The notes under the pieces are model-generated. The model ran no database searches. It worked only from the letters and a program-made list of their open reading frames with translations, and was not told the DNA's origin. Made by a program: the position numbers and the translations under genes. This document shows, in pieces, positions 43,791 to 53,996 of a stretch of DNA of 64,000 nt (within the stretch, counting starts at the first letter, position 1; every line of letters begins with the position of its first letter). The stretch spans positions 41,221-105,220 of the forward strand of contig QZJO01000007.1 in NCBI GenBank assembly GCA_003599755.1, given 5' to 3'. This DNA is from Candidatus Parcubacteria bacterium. GTDB taxonomy: Bacteria > Patescibacteriota > Minisyncoccia > Sungbacterales > SURF-37.

Positions 43791-45029
43791 ATGCTGACGA
43801 ATCGCTGGTTCATTCTCGTTGTCGCGCTCCTCGCCGTTGCCCTCGTCGGCGCCGCGGTATTTTTCATGCTCGGCCGCGGCGACGGAGAAACAGTGAGCGG
43901 CGATGGATTCTTCGGTAATCTGCCGTTTCTCGGCGGCGATAGCGGCACCCCGCCGCCTCCGCCGCCCGTATCCGGTAATGGCAACGGATTCTTCGAGAAC
44001 GGCGATCCGAACGCCAACCTCCGTCCGTTGATCCAGATTATTGACCGGCCCGTGCTCGGCCCCGTGCTCGCCAAGGGAGCCGATGGACTTTTGTATATTG
44101 ATCCGCAAAACGGCCACGTGCTCACCACGGATCTTCTGGGCGATAACGAGCAGAGTATCGTCAGCATCACGGTGCCCGAGCCGTTCGACGCGCGCTGGGC
44201 GCCCGACCGCAGCCGCGTCGTAATTTTTTCGCACGATGCGGGCATCGTGAAAAAATTCCTCGCTGGCGTCGCCACCGGCACGCTCTCGAAATTCCTACCG
44301 CCCGAAATCACGGCAATCGACTGGGCGCCGGATTCGAAACAGATCGCGTACCTCACCCGCCGCGCATCCGACTCGGCGCTCACCGTCGCTGACGCGGCAA
44401 ACCAAAAGCCGGCGGTCGTCTGGACCACGCCGATACCCGATCTCACGGTCGCATGGCTTTCCCGGAATACGATTCTTCTGCCGTCGCGGCCGTCAGGCCT
44501 GGCGCCGAGCGTCGTATTCAGCTTCAATCCCGCCACCAAAGCCGTCGCCCAGCTCGTCCAGGGCGTCAACGGCGCGGTGCTGCAGCCGCTCGCCGGCGGC
44601 ACGGCGTTTCTTTTGTCAGCCGCGGACCAGCGGGGGAATGCCACGCCGGTGACCCGCTATACGCTCGCCGGCGGCACGGCCGCGGCCCTTGGCGTTACCA
44701 CGATCGCGGAAAAATGCGCCTCGAGCGCGGATCAGAAAAAAATCTGGTGCGGCGTGCCGCGCGACGCCATCCCCGCACCCAGTCCCGATACCTGGTACCA
44801 GCGCGCTGCCGGCATTCATGACCGTATCGTCGAAATCGATGTCGCATCCGGCCGCGTGACCACGCTCTTGGACGGCAATCCCGATCTCGATGTCGCGGCA
44901 TTGTTCGCCACGCCCGATAGCCGGTATTTGTTCATCCACGATTGGCGGAGCGGCACCGTATGGCGGCTTGATCTTCTCCCGGCAACGCAATCGGATGAAC
45001 CTGCGGCGACGACCACGCCTGCCTCGTGA
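43791..45029 (+). CDS. Membrane-anchored beta-propeller (TolB-like) protein
   Basis: Repeated WAPD / FATPD motifs after an N-terminal TM. Confidence 0.75.
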   Translation: MLTNRWFILVVALLAVALVGAAVFFMLGRGDGETVSGDGFFGNLPFLGGDSGTPPPPPPVSGNGNGFFENGDPNANLRPLIQIIDRPVLGPVLAKGADGLLYIDPQNGHVLTTDLLGDNEQSIVSITVPEPFDARWAPDRSRVVIFSHDAGIVKKFLAGVATGTLSKFLPPEITAIDWAPDSKQIAYLTRRASDSALTVADAANQKPAVVWTTPIPDLTVAWLSRNTILLPSRPSGLAPSVVFSFNPATKAVAQLVQGVNGAVLQPLAGGTAFLLSAADQRGNATPVTRYTLAGGTAAALGVTTIAEKCASSADQKKIWCGVPRDAIPAPSPDTWYQRAAGIHDRIVEIDVASGRVTTLLDGNPDLDVAALFATPDSRYLFIHDWRSGTVWRLDLLPATQSDEPAATTTPAS

Positions 45030-45046
45030 GAAACGCATGAGAGCAA

Positions 45047-45079
45047 AAACCGCCGCCCCGATGATCGGGGCGGCGGTTT
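45047..45079. terminator. Bidirectional terminator
   Basis: aaaccgccgccccgat-g-atcggggcggcggttt. Confidence 0.85.
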
Positions 45080-45092
45080 GTTCGGTACGCAT

Positions 45093-45548
45093 TTAAGGAT
45101 ACGGCTTGATCACGACGCGGCGCGACTCGCCTTCGCCCACGGATTGCGTCGTGATATCGGGATATTCGGCCAACGCCATATGCACGATACGCCGTTCGAA
45201 CGGCGACATGGGCTTGAGCATGATCCCGTTCCGATACAGCCGCACTTTTTTGGCAACGTTTTTCACTTCCGTTTTTAATTCCTCCAGCTGATGGTAACGA
45301 TAGCCGTTTACGTCGAGAAAAAAATTTGGCCGATCGCCGCCGACCTGCCGTTCCGCGAGGCGGCGCAGTAGGTATTCAAGCGCGTAGAGCGTGCGCGCGC
45401 GCGAGCCAATAAGAAAACGCGCCTCGTCGGTGAGGAGGTTTACGTACGGCATGGAAAGATCCGGCAAGGATCGCTCCTCAATGTCCGCGCGGATTCCCAT
45501 CGTGTTGAGAATCCGCTCCAGATGCTCGCGAACTGCGGTTGCGCTCAT
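45093..45548 (-). CDS. jag: Jag/EloR-like KH-R3H RNA-binding protein
   Basis: LDVNGYR, PMSPFERRIVH, SVGEGESRRVVI. Confidence 0.9.
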   Translation of the reverse strand: MSATAVREHLERILNTMGIRADIEERSLPDLSMPYVNLLTDEARFLIGSRARTLYALEYLLRRLAERQVGGDRPNFFLDVNGYRYHQLEELKTEVKNVAKKVRLYRNGIMLKPMSPFERRIVHMALAEYPDITTQSVGEGESRRVVIKPYP

Positions 45549-46257
45549 ACGAAAATCGTCGGTGAATCCACGTCTGCTGTACTATAGCAGCCAGGTTAAA
45601 CGCTGTCCAGGAAAACGCGATCGCCGAGGGCAAGCCGAACGCGATGACGGTAAATACGATCGGGATCACATACATGCCCTGCCAGCGCATCATGCGGCCG
45701 AAATCATCGGTTTTGGTGCCCGGCATCTCGGGCGGCCGCGGCGCAAGATACGTTTGCAAAAATTGGGAAATGCCGGCCGCCAGCGCCATAACCACGTTCG
45801 GTTCGGTAAAATTGATAAGCCCGAATGCGATCGGATTGAACGCGTCGATGGCCGGCAAAAACGAATAGATCAGCGAGGGATCATTGACCGCGATGCCTTT
45901 GGAAAATACCTGGTAGATGCCAATGAATACCGGAATCTGGACCAAAAGCGGCGTCAGGAACGAAAACGGATGCATGCCGTACGACCGGTACAGCGCCATG
46001 GTGGCTTTGGCCTGCTCTTCGCGCTTATCTTTATATTTCGCTTGGATCTCCTTGAGCTTGGCCTGCAATTCCGGCATTACATACTGCGCCCGCGTGCTTT
46101 GCACGATGCTGCGATGCAGCAGCAGCCGCACGGCCACGACGAGCACGAGCGCGGCAAGTCCGATATCGTGATATGGAATTACGCTGTAAAAAAACGCGAG
46201 GCCGTTCAAGAGCGGCCGATAGATAATTTCCGTATACAGCGTGCTGAGGATGCTCAT
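45478..46257 (-). CDS. yidC: Membrane protein insertase YidC (short form)
   Basis: PELQAKLKEIQAKYK, LYRSYGMHP, LVQIPV; synteny with rnpA and jag. Confidence 0.92.
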   Translation of the reverse strand: MSILSTLYTEIIYRPLLNGLAFFYSVIPYHDIGLAALVLVVAVRLLLHRSIVQSTRAQYVMPELQAKLKEIQAKYKDKREEQAKATMALYRSYGMHPFSFLTPLLVQIPVFIGIYQVFSKGIAVNDPSLIYSFLPAIDAFNPIAFGLINFTEPNVVMALAAGISQFLQTYLAPRPPEMPGTKTDDFGRMMRWQGMYVIPIVFTVIAFGLPSAIAFSWTAFNLAAIVQQTWIHRRFSYERNRSSRASGADSQHDGNPRGH

Positions 46258-46628
46258 CGAGAAGGAGAGAATGCAATGCGAGAACGCGCTCGCGCCAGGT
46301 GCGCCGCGGCATCTGCGGCCGCAACGCGGAATGCGGCGCGCGACATCGTCGCTACCGGCGGCGCGGCCAGGATGACGATGCTGCGCGCCATGCGCGATGC
46401 GAGCGCCTCGTGGCGCGCCCATGCGGCAATGCGCCGCTTCGCCCGGTTCCGCACGGTGCTTTTTTTCGAAACCGTTTTACCGGCTACGACGAGCGCGCGC
46501 GGATGCCGGCCGAGATTTTCCGGGCCCACGATGATCCGGCCGAGCGGCGTGCTGACAGAACGGCCCTCCCGGAGGATGCGGCGCACGAGTATCCGATTCG
46601 GCAGATCCCGCCCCAACGGCGCGGGCAT
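46254..46628 (-). CDS. rnpA: Ribonuclease P protein component
   Basis: KTVSKKSTVRNRAKRRI (RNR motif); synteny. Confidence 0.85.
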   Translation of the reverse strand: MPAPLGRDLPNRILVRRILREGRSVSTPLGRIIVGPENLGRHPRALVVAGKTVSKKSTVRNRAKRRIAAWARHEALASRMARSIVILAAPPVATMSRAAFRVAAADAAAHLARARSRIAFSPSR

Positions 46629-46631
46629 GCG

Positions 46632-46766
46632 CTACGGCGCAAGGCGCGCACGGCCTTTACGCCGGCGCCGCTGCAGCAGGCGGCGGCCGGCTGGCCGGCT
46701 CCGACGCGTTCGAAAGCCATGCACGCGCTTGCGATGAATTTTTTTCGGCTGATACGTTCGCTTCAT
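46632..46766 (-). CDS. rpmH: 50S ribosomal protein L34
   Basis: [21 protein letters not shown]...[12 protein letters not shown], 44 aa. Confidence 0.97.
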   Translation of the reverse strand: MKRTYQPKKIHRKRVHGFRTRRSRPAGRRLLQRRRRKGRARLAP

Positions 46767-47085
46767 GGGTTATGGATGGTTGATGCCGCCAGGCGACGTT
46801 CCTAGTATAGCGGGAATTCTCCGATGGATGCGAGTCCGAAGGAAGTGAACGCTATGCGATCCGTCTTCCACACACGATGCACAAGTTATAAACATTTTCT
46901 CGATTCTTTTCAAGTTCCCCGAAACAAAAGCTCTGGTATATAGTAGTGAGCAGACATTACGCATCCGACCGTATCCCATGCGCCGGGTCGAACCGGCCTT
47001 CGATTCGCCTTCGCCGTCCTTATCCATCCTCGTTTCGAAACCCGCTTCCGACGCGCGGTAGTGCGTTTGAGGCCATTCGTTCACC

Positions 47086-48471
47086 ATGAATCGAGAGGAT
47101 ATCTGGAAAAGCGTTCTCGCGGAACTCGAGCTCACCATCTCGCGCGCGAGCTTTATTACATGGTTCCGGGAGACGTCGATCGCCGACATGAACGACGGCG
47201 TGGTTACTGTGTCGGTCCCGAACGGATTCGCCAAAAGCTGGCTGCAGGACAAATACCATAAATCCATCGTCCGGGCGCTCCGCGGACTCGCCACTGACAT
47301 ACGGGAGGTGCAATACGTCGTTGGCGCGATCGATCGCCCAATGCCCGTCCTGCGGCCGAAACCCGTGCGGTTTTTCCCGCGCCCCGACGTATCGGATATC
47401 CCTCAGGATCGCCTGGAACTGCGGGATACCGTGGTAGATCCCGAAAGCGGCCTCAACCCGCGCTATACGTTCGAACATTTCATCGTCGGCTCGTTCAATG
47501 AGCTGGCGCATGCCGCCGCGCAAGCGGTGGTACAGAATCCGGGAGGCGCGGGCTACAATCCGCTCTTTATCTATGGAGGCGTAGGACTTGGCAAAACGCA
47601 CCTCATTCAGGCCATCGGCAATGAATTTCTCAAACAGAACCCCGGCCGCCGGGTCCGCTACATGCCGTCTGAGCGCTACATGGGCGAGGTGGTGGAAGCG
47701 CTGACGTCCAAGACCATGAATGACCTCAAAGAGCGCTACCGCGCCGTGGATGTCCTCATCATCGATGACATCCAATTCATCGCGCGTACGGAAAAAATGC
47801 AGGAAGAATTCTTCCATTTATTCAACTCCCTGTACGAGCGCAACAAACAGATCATCATTTCTTCCGATAAGCCGCCAGCCGCCATTCCGACGCTCGAAAA
47901 CCGCTTGCGTTCGCGTTTTGAGGGCGGACAGCTGGCTGATGTCGGATCCCCGGATATCGAAACGCGCCTCGCGATTCTGCAAACCAAGCTCAAAACGCGC
48001 AATGTAGCGTTCTCAGAAGACGTCATACGGTGCATCGCCGAGACCATCTCGACCAATATCCGTGATCTTGAAGGAGCGCTGAACCGTATTATTCTGCGTT
48101 CGTCGATGTCGAATGCGCCGATTGATGCCGAAGAAGCCAAGCGCATTCTCAACCAAGTGGTCTCGGCTCCGCGGCGATTTACATCGTATAAAAAGATCAT
48201 CCGCGCGGTCGCGGAATTCTATGACGTATCAGAAAAAGACCTTATCAATCGCAGTCGGAGAAAAGAGATCGTAAAACCCCGCCAAATCGCCATGTACCTC
48301 ATGCGGGATGAACTAAAATGTTCGTTTCCGTTCATTGGGGAGAAGCTCGGGAAAAAAGATCATACCACCGCCATCCACGCGTTTAAAAAAATCATGAACG
48401 ACCTTACCGTCGACCCCACGCTTGAGGTAGAGCTGAAATCAGTGCGAGAAAAAATTTATACTAACCCTTGA
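47086..48471 (+). CDS. dnaA: Chromosomal replication initiator DnaA
   Basis: YTFEHF, YNPLFIYGGVGLGKTHL, IDDIQF, RLRSRF, KDHTT. Confidence 0.98.
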   Translation: MNREDIWKSVLAELELTISRASFITWFRETSIADMNDGVVTVSVPNGFAKSWLQDKYHKSIVRALRGLATDIREVQYVVGAIDRPMPVLRPKPVRFFPRPDVSDIPQDRLELRDTVVDPESGLNPRYTFEHFIVGSFNELAHAAAQAVVQNPGGAGYNPLFIYGGVGLGKTHLIQAIGNEFLKQNPGRRVRYMPSERYMGEVVEALTSKTMNDLKERYRAVDVLIIDDIQFIARTEKMQEEFFHLFNSLYERNKQIIISSDKPPAAIPTLENRLRSRFEGGQLADVGSPDIETRLAILQTKLKTRNVAFSEDVIRCIAETISTNIRDLEGALNRIILRSSMSNAPIDAEEAKRILNQVVSAPRRFTSYKKIIRAVAEFYDVSEKDLINRSRRKEIVKPRQIAMYLMRDELKCSFPFIGEKLGKKDHTTAIHAFKKIMNDLTVDPTLEVELKSVREKIYTNP

Positions 48472-48676
48472 GTTACTTGGGGAAAACACGGTGACGGTTG
48501 ATGATATAAATTCTTACAGAAAAATTCTTCTCCTCTCTATCCCCGCAGCCGTCCACACCCTATACCATAGCTGCAACGCTTTAAAACCCGCGCGCCATCT
48601 ATCCAATCCATCGCTATCCCGATATTATTCATCCCTAACAACCACAACAATAAAATTATATACGTACGGTATTGTT
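48472..48676. other. Candidate oriC (dnaA-dnaN intergenic region)
   Basis: AT-rich gap with degenerate DnaA-box-like 9-mers; canonical position. Confidence 0.6.
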
Positions 48677-49771
48677 ATGAAATTTACTTCTACGCTTGAA
48701 CACCTCAAAAACGCCGTACAAACCGTTGAGCGATTCAGTGGGCGCCATATCACGTTGCCAATTCTTGCGCATATTCTTATCGTGGTAAAAGAGCGGGGCA
48801 TCGCATTACGCGCGACGAATCTTGAAATGGGGATTGAATATACTATTCCGGGAAAAACACTAAAGGTCGGCGCTACTACCGTGCCCGCCCGATCGTTTTC
48901 ACAAATTCTTCAGTCCTTGCGTGATGATACGGTCACGCTGGAAGCGGAAAAGCAACACCTCGCCATTACTACGCAAAATACGAATGCGACGCTATTCGGC
49001 TTAAATGCCGATGAATTTCCCGTTTTGCCGGCGATTAAAGAGGAAACGAAATTTTCACTCGATACGATATTATTTACCGGCGCTCTGGAACGCATTATTC
49101 CCGCCGCGGCAACGTCTGATCTTAAACCCCAGCTCAACGGCGTATACCTGGCGGTTAAGCCGGGCACAATTACCCTTGCGGCAACCGACTCATTCCGGCT
49201 TGCGGAGCAGACGCTTGCCGTACCTGAGATCAAAGATACGAGCGTGGAATGTATCTTGCCGCTCCGCACCGCGCAGGAACTTTTGCATACGTTGCCCGCG
49301 GAAGGAACGCTCGCGATCGGCATCGGTGAACACCAGATTGTGTTTCGCGCGGGGAACGTAGAAATCGTTTCGCGTCTTATTGATGGCGCGTATCCGCCGT
49401 ATCGCGCTATTATCCCGAAAACCTATGAAACGAATACCGTCATCAAGCGCGACGACCTGATCCAGCGCATCCGGCTTGCCGCTATTTTTTCGAGCCGGCT
49501 GAATGAAGTGAGTTTAGAAGTAGGGCCCCAAGAGATCGCGGTCGCGACCTCGAACAGCGAAACGGGTTCGTCCACCACGCGGCTTGCCGCCAAAGGAAAG
49601 GGGAAGACCGGGTCGGTCCTGTTCAATCATCGGTATCTCGTCGACGGCTTAGCAGCGGCCGGCGGCGAGCACGTCACGCTGAACCTCAACGGTTCGGGCG
49701 GCGCGGCGCTGATCCAAAATCCGAATGACTCATCATTTCTCTATCTCTTGATGCCGATCCGCTCCGCCTAG
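48677..49771 (+). CDS. dnaN: DNA polymerase III beta clamp
   Basis: ATNLE, ATDSFRLA, SRLIDGAYP, LLMPIR. Confidence 0.97.
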   Translation: MKFTSTLEHLKNAVQTVERFSGRHITLPILAHILIVVKERGIALRATNLEMGIEYTIPGKTLKVGATTVPARSFSQILQSLRDDTVTLEAEKQHLAITTQNTNATLFGLNADEFPVLPAIKEETKFSLDTILFTGALERIIPAAATSDLKPQLNGVYLAVKPGTITLAATDSFRLAEQTLAVPEIKDTSVECILPLRTAQELLHTLPAEGTLAIGIGEHQIVFRAGNVEIVSRLIDGAYPPYRAIIPKTYETNTVIKRDDLIQRIRLAAIFSSRLNEVSLEVGPQEIAVATSNSETGSSTTRLAAKGKGKTGSVLFNHRYLVDGLAAAGGEHVTLNLNGSGGAALIQNPNDSSFLYLLMPIRSA

Positions 49772-49776
49772 CATTC

Positions 49777-49811
49777 ATCAAACCGCCCGGGAATCACCCG
49801 GGCGGTTTGAT
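49777..49811. terminator. Bidirectional terminator
   Basis: atcaaaccgcccggg-aatca-cccgggcggtttgat. Confidence 0.85.
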
Positions 49812-52358
49812 TTAGGGAATCGCGACGCTTGCGCGTCCCATGTTCCCGTACGGATCATAGGCCCGCACTTCAAGTATGCTGGATGCCGAGGGAAGTTCGG
49901 CTTGCGATATGCGAAATTCGATTTGCGGGGGCGGCGATTGGCGAGACAAGAGAATCCGTTCGCCGGCAACCACAAGCACTTCGCGCACGCCGTGGGGCGC
50001 GGTCATTCCGACGCGCAGTACGACGCCTGAGTCATCCGGCGGGGAAATCTTTTCGACGCTCACCTGCGGCTGTTTTTCGGGCGTATGGATATCGTCGCTT
50101 TCGCGCGGTATCTCGGCGACGGGGCGGACCGTAAATCCGCTCGCGCCGAGCCATCCCCGGAACGCGGCCTCCCAATTTTCGTATTGCGGATCGCGGGTCG
50201 GATCATCCGGTGCGGGGCCGCTCGGGTCGCGCCGATCGATCCAGTACAGGGGATCGTGCGGCTCGCCGTACGCGACTTCGCGGCGGAGTTCGGGCGGCGT
50301 GAAGGGCGTGGCCAGCTTCTGGGAAACGCTATCAATGGTGATGATCTGGCCGCCCTGCCAGATACCGCGGAGGATTGGCTTGTCCGTTTCTTGGGACTCG
50401 GGCGGAGTGAATTCGGCCGGCTGTATGTGATTGAGCGCGAATGCCATGAAGTCGTGCCATGCGGGCGCTGCGGCCATAACACCCGATCCTTCTTGCTGGA
50501 TCGGGTCGTTGTTGCTGTTGCCCACCCAGACGCCGATGGCGACGCGCGGGGTATAGCCGACGGTCCATGCATCGCGATAGTCCTGCGTGGTGCCGGTTTT
50601 TGCCGCGACTTTGACATCGGGGAAATAGAGCGATGAGCGCGGCTGGAACGTCGGTATGCGGGCGTCATTGTCGGAGAGCACGTCATTGACGATGCGCGCG
50701 ACGTTTTGGTCTATCACGAGGTGGCCATCAATTTTCTTTTCTTCCAGAATTTCCCCGCTCGCACTTTTGACCGAAAGGATCGCGGACGGCGCATGGCGCA
50801 CGCCGTCGTTCGCGAATACGCCATACGCGCTGACCATATCCAGTAATCGCACTTCGGCGCCGCCGAGCACGAGCGATAGGCCGTATCGGCGCGCATCGCC
50901 GAGCGTCGTGATGCCGAGAGCCGATGCAGTGCGCATGGCATCGTCAACGCCGGTCAAATACAAAAGTTTTACTGAAGGAACGTTCAGGGACTGCGCGATG
51001 GATTGGCGCAGGGTCACCGGCCCGCGGAACGTGTTGTCGTAGTTCCGGGGATGATAGCAATCTTCGGGATTGGCCCCGCTCTGGGGTCGGGGCAGGCCAT
51101 CAGGACCGCATCGGGTGTTGAATTCCGTAAAGACGTCGAACAGGACCGTATCGGGCGTGAACCCTTTTTCGAATGCCGCGGCGTATACGAACGGCTTGAA
51201 CGCCGAGCCCGGCTGGCGGAGGCGCAACGCGGCATTTACTTGCGGATCGAGGAGGCAGGAGACGCCGGGCGCGCAACCCTTGGGCTCGGGATCGGAGAAA
51301 TATTTTTCGGCCGCCGAGCCGACCATGGCCAAAATATCGCCCGTCGTGGGATCGACCGCCACGAGCGCCATATTATGGGCTTTGATCAAGGTTTCGTTCC
51401 GCTCGCCGTATTCTCGGACGACGCGCTCGGCTTCTTCCTGCCATTCCCAATCAAGCGTCGTGGTCACGATAAGCCCGCCGCGCTCCAATTCCTCTTGGCC
51501 GTACCGTTCGGCAAGATACTCGCGCACGTGCATGACAAAATGCGGCGCACGCATGTCGTCGGTTGGTTCGAGAAATTTGAGTTCTTCGGCCTTGGCCGCG
51601 GCCGCTTCCGCGTCGGTAATGAAATCGAGCGCGGCCATGCGGTCGATGACGTAGTTTTTGCGGGCGAAGAGATCCTCTTGGTGCTGCCCGTACGGCGAGT
51701 AATACGAAGGCGCTTGGGGCAGCGACGCCAAGAGCGCCGCTTGAGCAGTCGTGAGGTCCTTCGCATCCTTGCCGAAGAAGGTTTCTGCCGCGGCCTCGAT
51801 GCCGTAGGCGTTGGAACCGTAGGGGATTTGGTTCAGATAGGCGGCGAAAATTTGGTCCTTGGGAAACCGCGCATCCAAGGCGATCGCGAGGATCGCTTCT
51901 TTGAATTTCCGGGTCCAGCTTTGCTCGTCGGTCAAAAACGATTTCTTGATGAGCTGCTGGGTGATGGTCGATCCGCCTTCTTCGATGCTGCCGGCGCGCA
52001 GGTTCGTGATCGCGGCGCGCAGAATTCCGCGCAGCGACAGGCCGCTATGACTGTAGAAATTGGCATCCTCGATCGCGATGGTGGCCTCTTTGACGTGCTC
52101 CGAGACCTCGGAAAACGGCACGACGGTTCGGCGCTCTTCGCCGTGAACTTCGTAGAGTAATACTTTACCGGTGCGATCGTAGATCTTGGTGGACTGGACG
52201 ACGCGGCGCGCGAATAATTCTTCGGGTTGCGGGAGATTCCGCCAGATGACGGCCACGGCGATACCGCCCGCGGCAACGGATGCGAGTATGCCGATCAAGC
52301 CGATCCAGATGATCGTGCGGAGCCAGTGCCGCATATGCAATTTTCTCAGTCGAACCAT
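49812..52358 (-). CDS. Class A penicillin-binding protein (PBP1A family)
   Basis: EDANFYSH, GGSTITQQL, RKFKE, PGSAFKP, SLN, KTGT. Confidence 0.95.
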   Translation of the reverse strand: MVRLRKLHMRHWLRTIIWIGLIGILASVAAGGIAVAVIWRNLPQPEELFARRVVQSTKIYDRTGKVLLYEVHGEERRTVVPFSEVSEHVKEATIAIEDANFYSHSGLSLRGILRAAITNLRAGSIEEGGSTITQQLIKKSFLTDEQSWTRKFKEAILAIALDARFPKDQIFAAYLNQIPYGSNAYGIEAAAETFFGKDAKDLTTAQAALLASLPQAPSYYSPYGQHQEDLFARKNYVIDRMAALDFITDAEAAAAKAEELKFLEPTDDMRAPHFVMHVREYLAERYGQEELERGGLIVTTTLDWEWQEEAERVVREYGERNETLIKAHNMALVAVDPTTGDILAMVGSAAEKYFSDPEPKGCAPGVSCLLDPQVNAALRLRQPGSAFKPFVYAAAFEKGFTPDTVLFDVFTEFNTRCGPDGLPRPQSGANPEDCYHPRNYDNTFRGPVTLRQSIAQSLNVPSVKLLYLTGVDDAMRTASALGITTLGDARRYGLSLVLGGAEVRLLDMVSAYGVFANDGVRHAPSAILSVKSASGEILEEKKIDGHLVIDQNVARIVNDVLSDNDARIPTFQPRSSLYFPDVKVAAKTGTTQDYRDAWTVGYTPRVAIGVWVGNSNNDPIQQEGSGVMAAAPAWHDFMAFALNHIQPAEFTPPESQETDKPILRGIWQGGQIITIDSVSQKLATPFTPPELRREVAYGEPHDPLYWIDRRDPSGPAPDDPTRDPQYENWEAAFRGWLGASGFTVRPVAEIPRESDDIHTPEKQPQVSVEKISPPDDSGVVLRVGMTAPHGVREVLVVAGERILLSRQSPPPQIEFRISQAELPSASSILEVRAYDPYGNMGRASVAIP

Positions 52359-52556
52359 TGCGCAACGAGTATATCATGCCTGACGCCTGAATCCCAGCGT
52401 TCTTTCGCCCGCCTATCTTCCCGGCTGTGATATAAATCCAGGCGAAACCATGGGAGAAAAAGCTCATGAGGATGAGGAAAACAGCGTCTCCGGGGACGAT
52501 GGGCGGCCCGCGCCTCGCTGGCGGCTCCTCCGCCGCCATGGTACGCTCGATGGCGT

Positions 52557-53756
52557 ATGGCTGTCTCCCGCGCCGCCCGGCCAGATGAATTGATCGCGAT
52601 CCTGCGCGCTCGGGCGGGCGAAACCATCGACGCCGCCCGCTTGGAACAAAAGCTCCGTTCGAGCCGGAAACTCCGCGTCAAACTCGGCATTGATCCGACG
52701 TCGCCGCATCTGCACATCGGGCACATGCTGCCGCTGTGGTTTTTGCGCGCGTTCCAGGACGCAGGCCATCGCGCGGTCCTGATTATCGGCGATTTCACCG
52801 CGCGCATCGGCGATCCGTCCGGCCGGTCGGCCGCGCGGACGGCATTGAGCACGGCGCAGGTGAAAAAGAACGAACGCACGTATCTTGCCCAGATCGGCCG
52901 CGTGCTGGATCTCAAACGCGCCGAGGTGCGACACAACAGCGAATGGCTCGGTACGATGCGCCTGGAGCAATTCTTAGGATTATTGGCGCGGTTTCCCTTG
53001 AAAAGCGCGTGGGAACGGGAGGATTTCCAAAAACGGCTGGCTGCCGGCAAGCCAGTGCAACTTTCCGAAGCGATGTATCCGGTGCTGCAGGCATATGATT
53101 CCGTTGCGGTCAAAGCCGATGTGGAACTCGGCGGCATGGACCAGCGGCTGAACGTGCTTGCCGGGCGTGAATTACAAGCCGCGTTTGGGAAGGAGCCGCA
53201 AGACGTGGTGCTGCTGCCGTATTTGGTCGGACTGGATGGCAGCCAGAAAATGTCCAAATCTCTCGGCAATACGATTGATCTTCTCGATGCCGCGGACGTC
53301 ATGTTCGGCAAAGTCATGCGCATACCCGACGCGTTGATTCCGTCATACGCGGCGCTTGCGGCATGGCTTCCCGCGGCGGATGTAGATCGCATCGTGGCCG
53401 GATTGCAGCGCGGCGAAAATCCCCGCGATGCGAAACTCGAGGTCGCCGAGGGCCTCGTGCGCCGATTTTACGGTGACGCGGCGGCGCGCGCCGCGCGGGC
53501 GGCATTTGTGCGATTATTCTCGGCGCGCGATCAGAGCGGCGAATTCCCGGAATCTGCGCTCGGGCCCGGCCGCTACGCGGCGCTGGATATCATCGCGCGC
53601 CTGGGCGGTACGTCCAAATCCGAAGCGCGCCGATTACTCGCCGGAAAGGCGCTGGAGATCAATCAGCGGCCAGTGCTCGGAGCGGACACTACCGTGGAAT
53701 TGGAATCCGGTGATGTTATCCGCATCGGCAAAAAGAAGTTTTTCCGCGTCCCCTAG
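52557..53756 (+). CDS. tyrS: Tyrosine-tRNA ligase
   Basis: GIDPTSPHLHIGH, LQAYD, GGMDQ, KMSKS, S4-like tail. Confidence 0.97.
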   Translation: MAVSRAARPDELIAILRARAGETIDAARLEQKLRSSRKLRVKLGIDPTSPHLHIGHMLPLWFLRAFQDAGHRAVLIIGDFTARIGDPSGRSAARTALSTAQVKKNERTYLAQIGRVLDLKRAEVRHNSEWLGTMRLEQFLGLLARFPLKSAWEREDFQKRLAAGKPVQLSEAMYPVLQAYDSVAVKADVELGGMDQRLNVLAGRELQAAFGKEPQDVVLLPYLVGLDGSQKMSKSLGNTIDLLDAADVMFGKVMRIPDALIPSYAALAAWLPAADVDRIVAGLQRGENPRDAKLEVAEGLVRRFYGDAAARAARAAFVRLFSARDQSGEFPESALGPGRYAALDIIARLGGTSKSEARRLLAGKALEINQRPVLGADTTVELESGDVIRIGKKKFFRVP

Positions 53757-53766
53757 ATCCCATCGG

Positions 53767-53800
53767 AAAACCCCGCCCAGCGATCGCTGGGCGGGGTTTT
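53767..53800. terminator. Bidirectional terminator
   Basis: Palindrome aaaaccccgcccagcgatcgctgggcggggtttt. Confidence 0.85.
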
Positions 53801-53802
53801 TA

Positions 53803-53955
53803 TTACGCGGCTTCGGTGCCGTCTGCGTCCTCTTCGTCGTCGTCGAGTTCCGCTTCGTCGTCTGCGAGTTCGTCGTCGCCATCGGCGCCGCCGTCCGTGT
53901 CGGGATCGTCGTCTTCGGCGAGGATGGGTTCTGCGAAATCGTCAAGATACGTCAT
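53803..53955 (-). CDS. Highly acidic 50-aa microprotein
   Basis: MTYLDDFAEPILAEDDDPDTDGGADGDDELADDEAELDDDEEDADGTEAA; stop codon abuts the terminator. Confidence 0.7.
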   Translation of the reverse strand: MTYLDDFAEPILAEDDDPDTDGGADGDDELADDEAELDDDEEDADGTEAA

Positions 53956-53996
53956 AACCGAAACAATTTAGAGATTGCGGGTACGACCTTTGCGTA

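Noticed and set aside
48491-48676. N-terminal extension of DnaN
   Set aside because: Clamp homology starts at MKF (48677); the upstream region is the likely oriC.
52165-52539. 124-aa ORF between the PBP gene and tyrS
   Set aside because: It overlaps the PBP gene and divergent promoters and has no recognisable motif.
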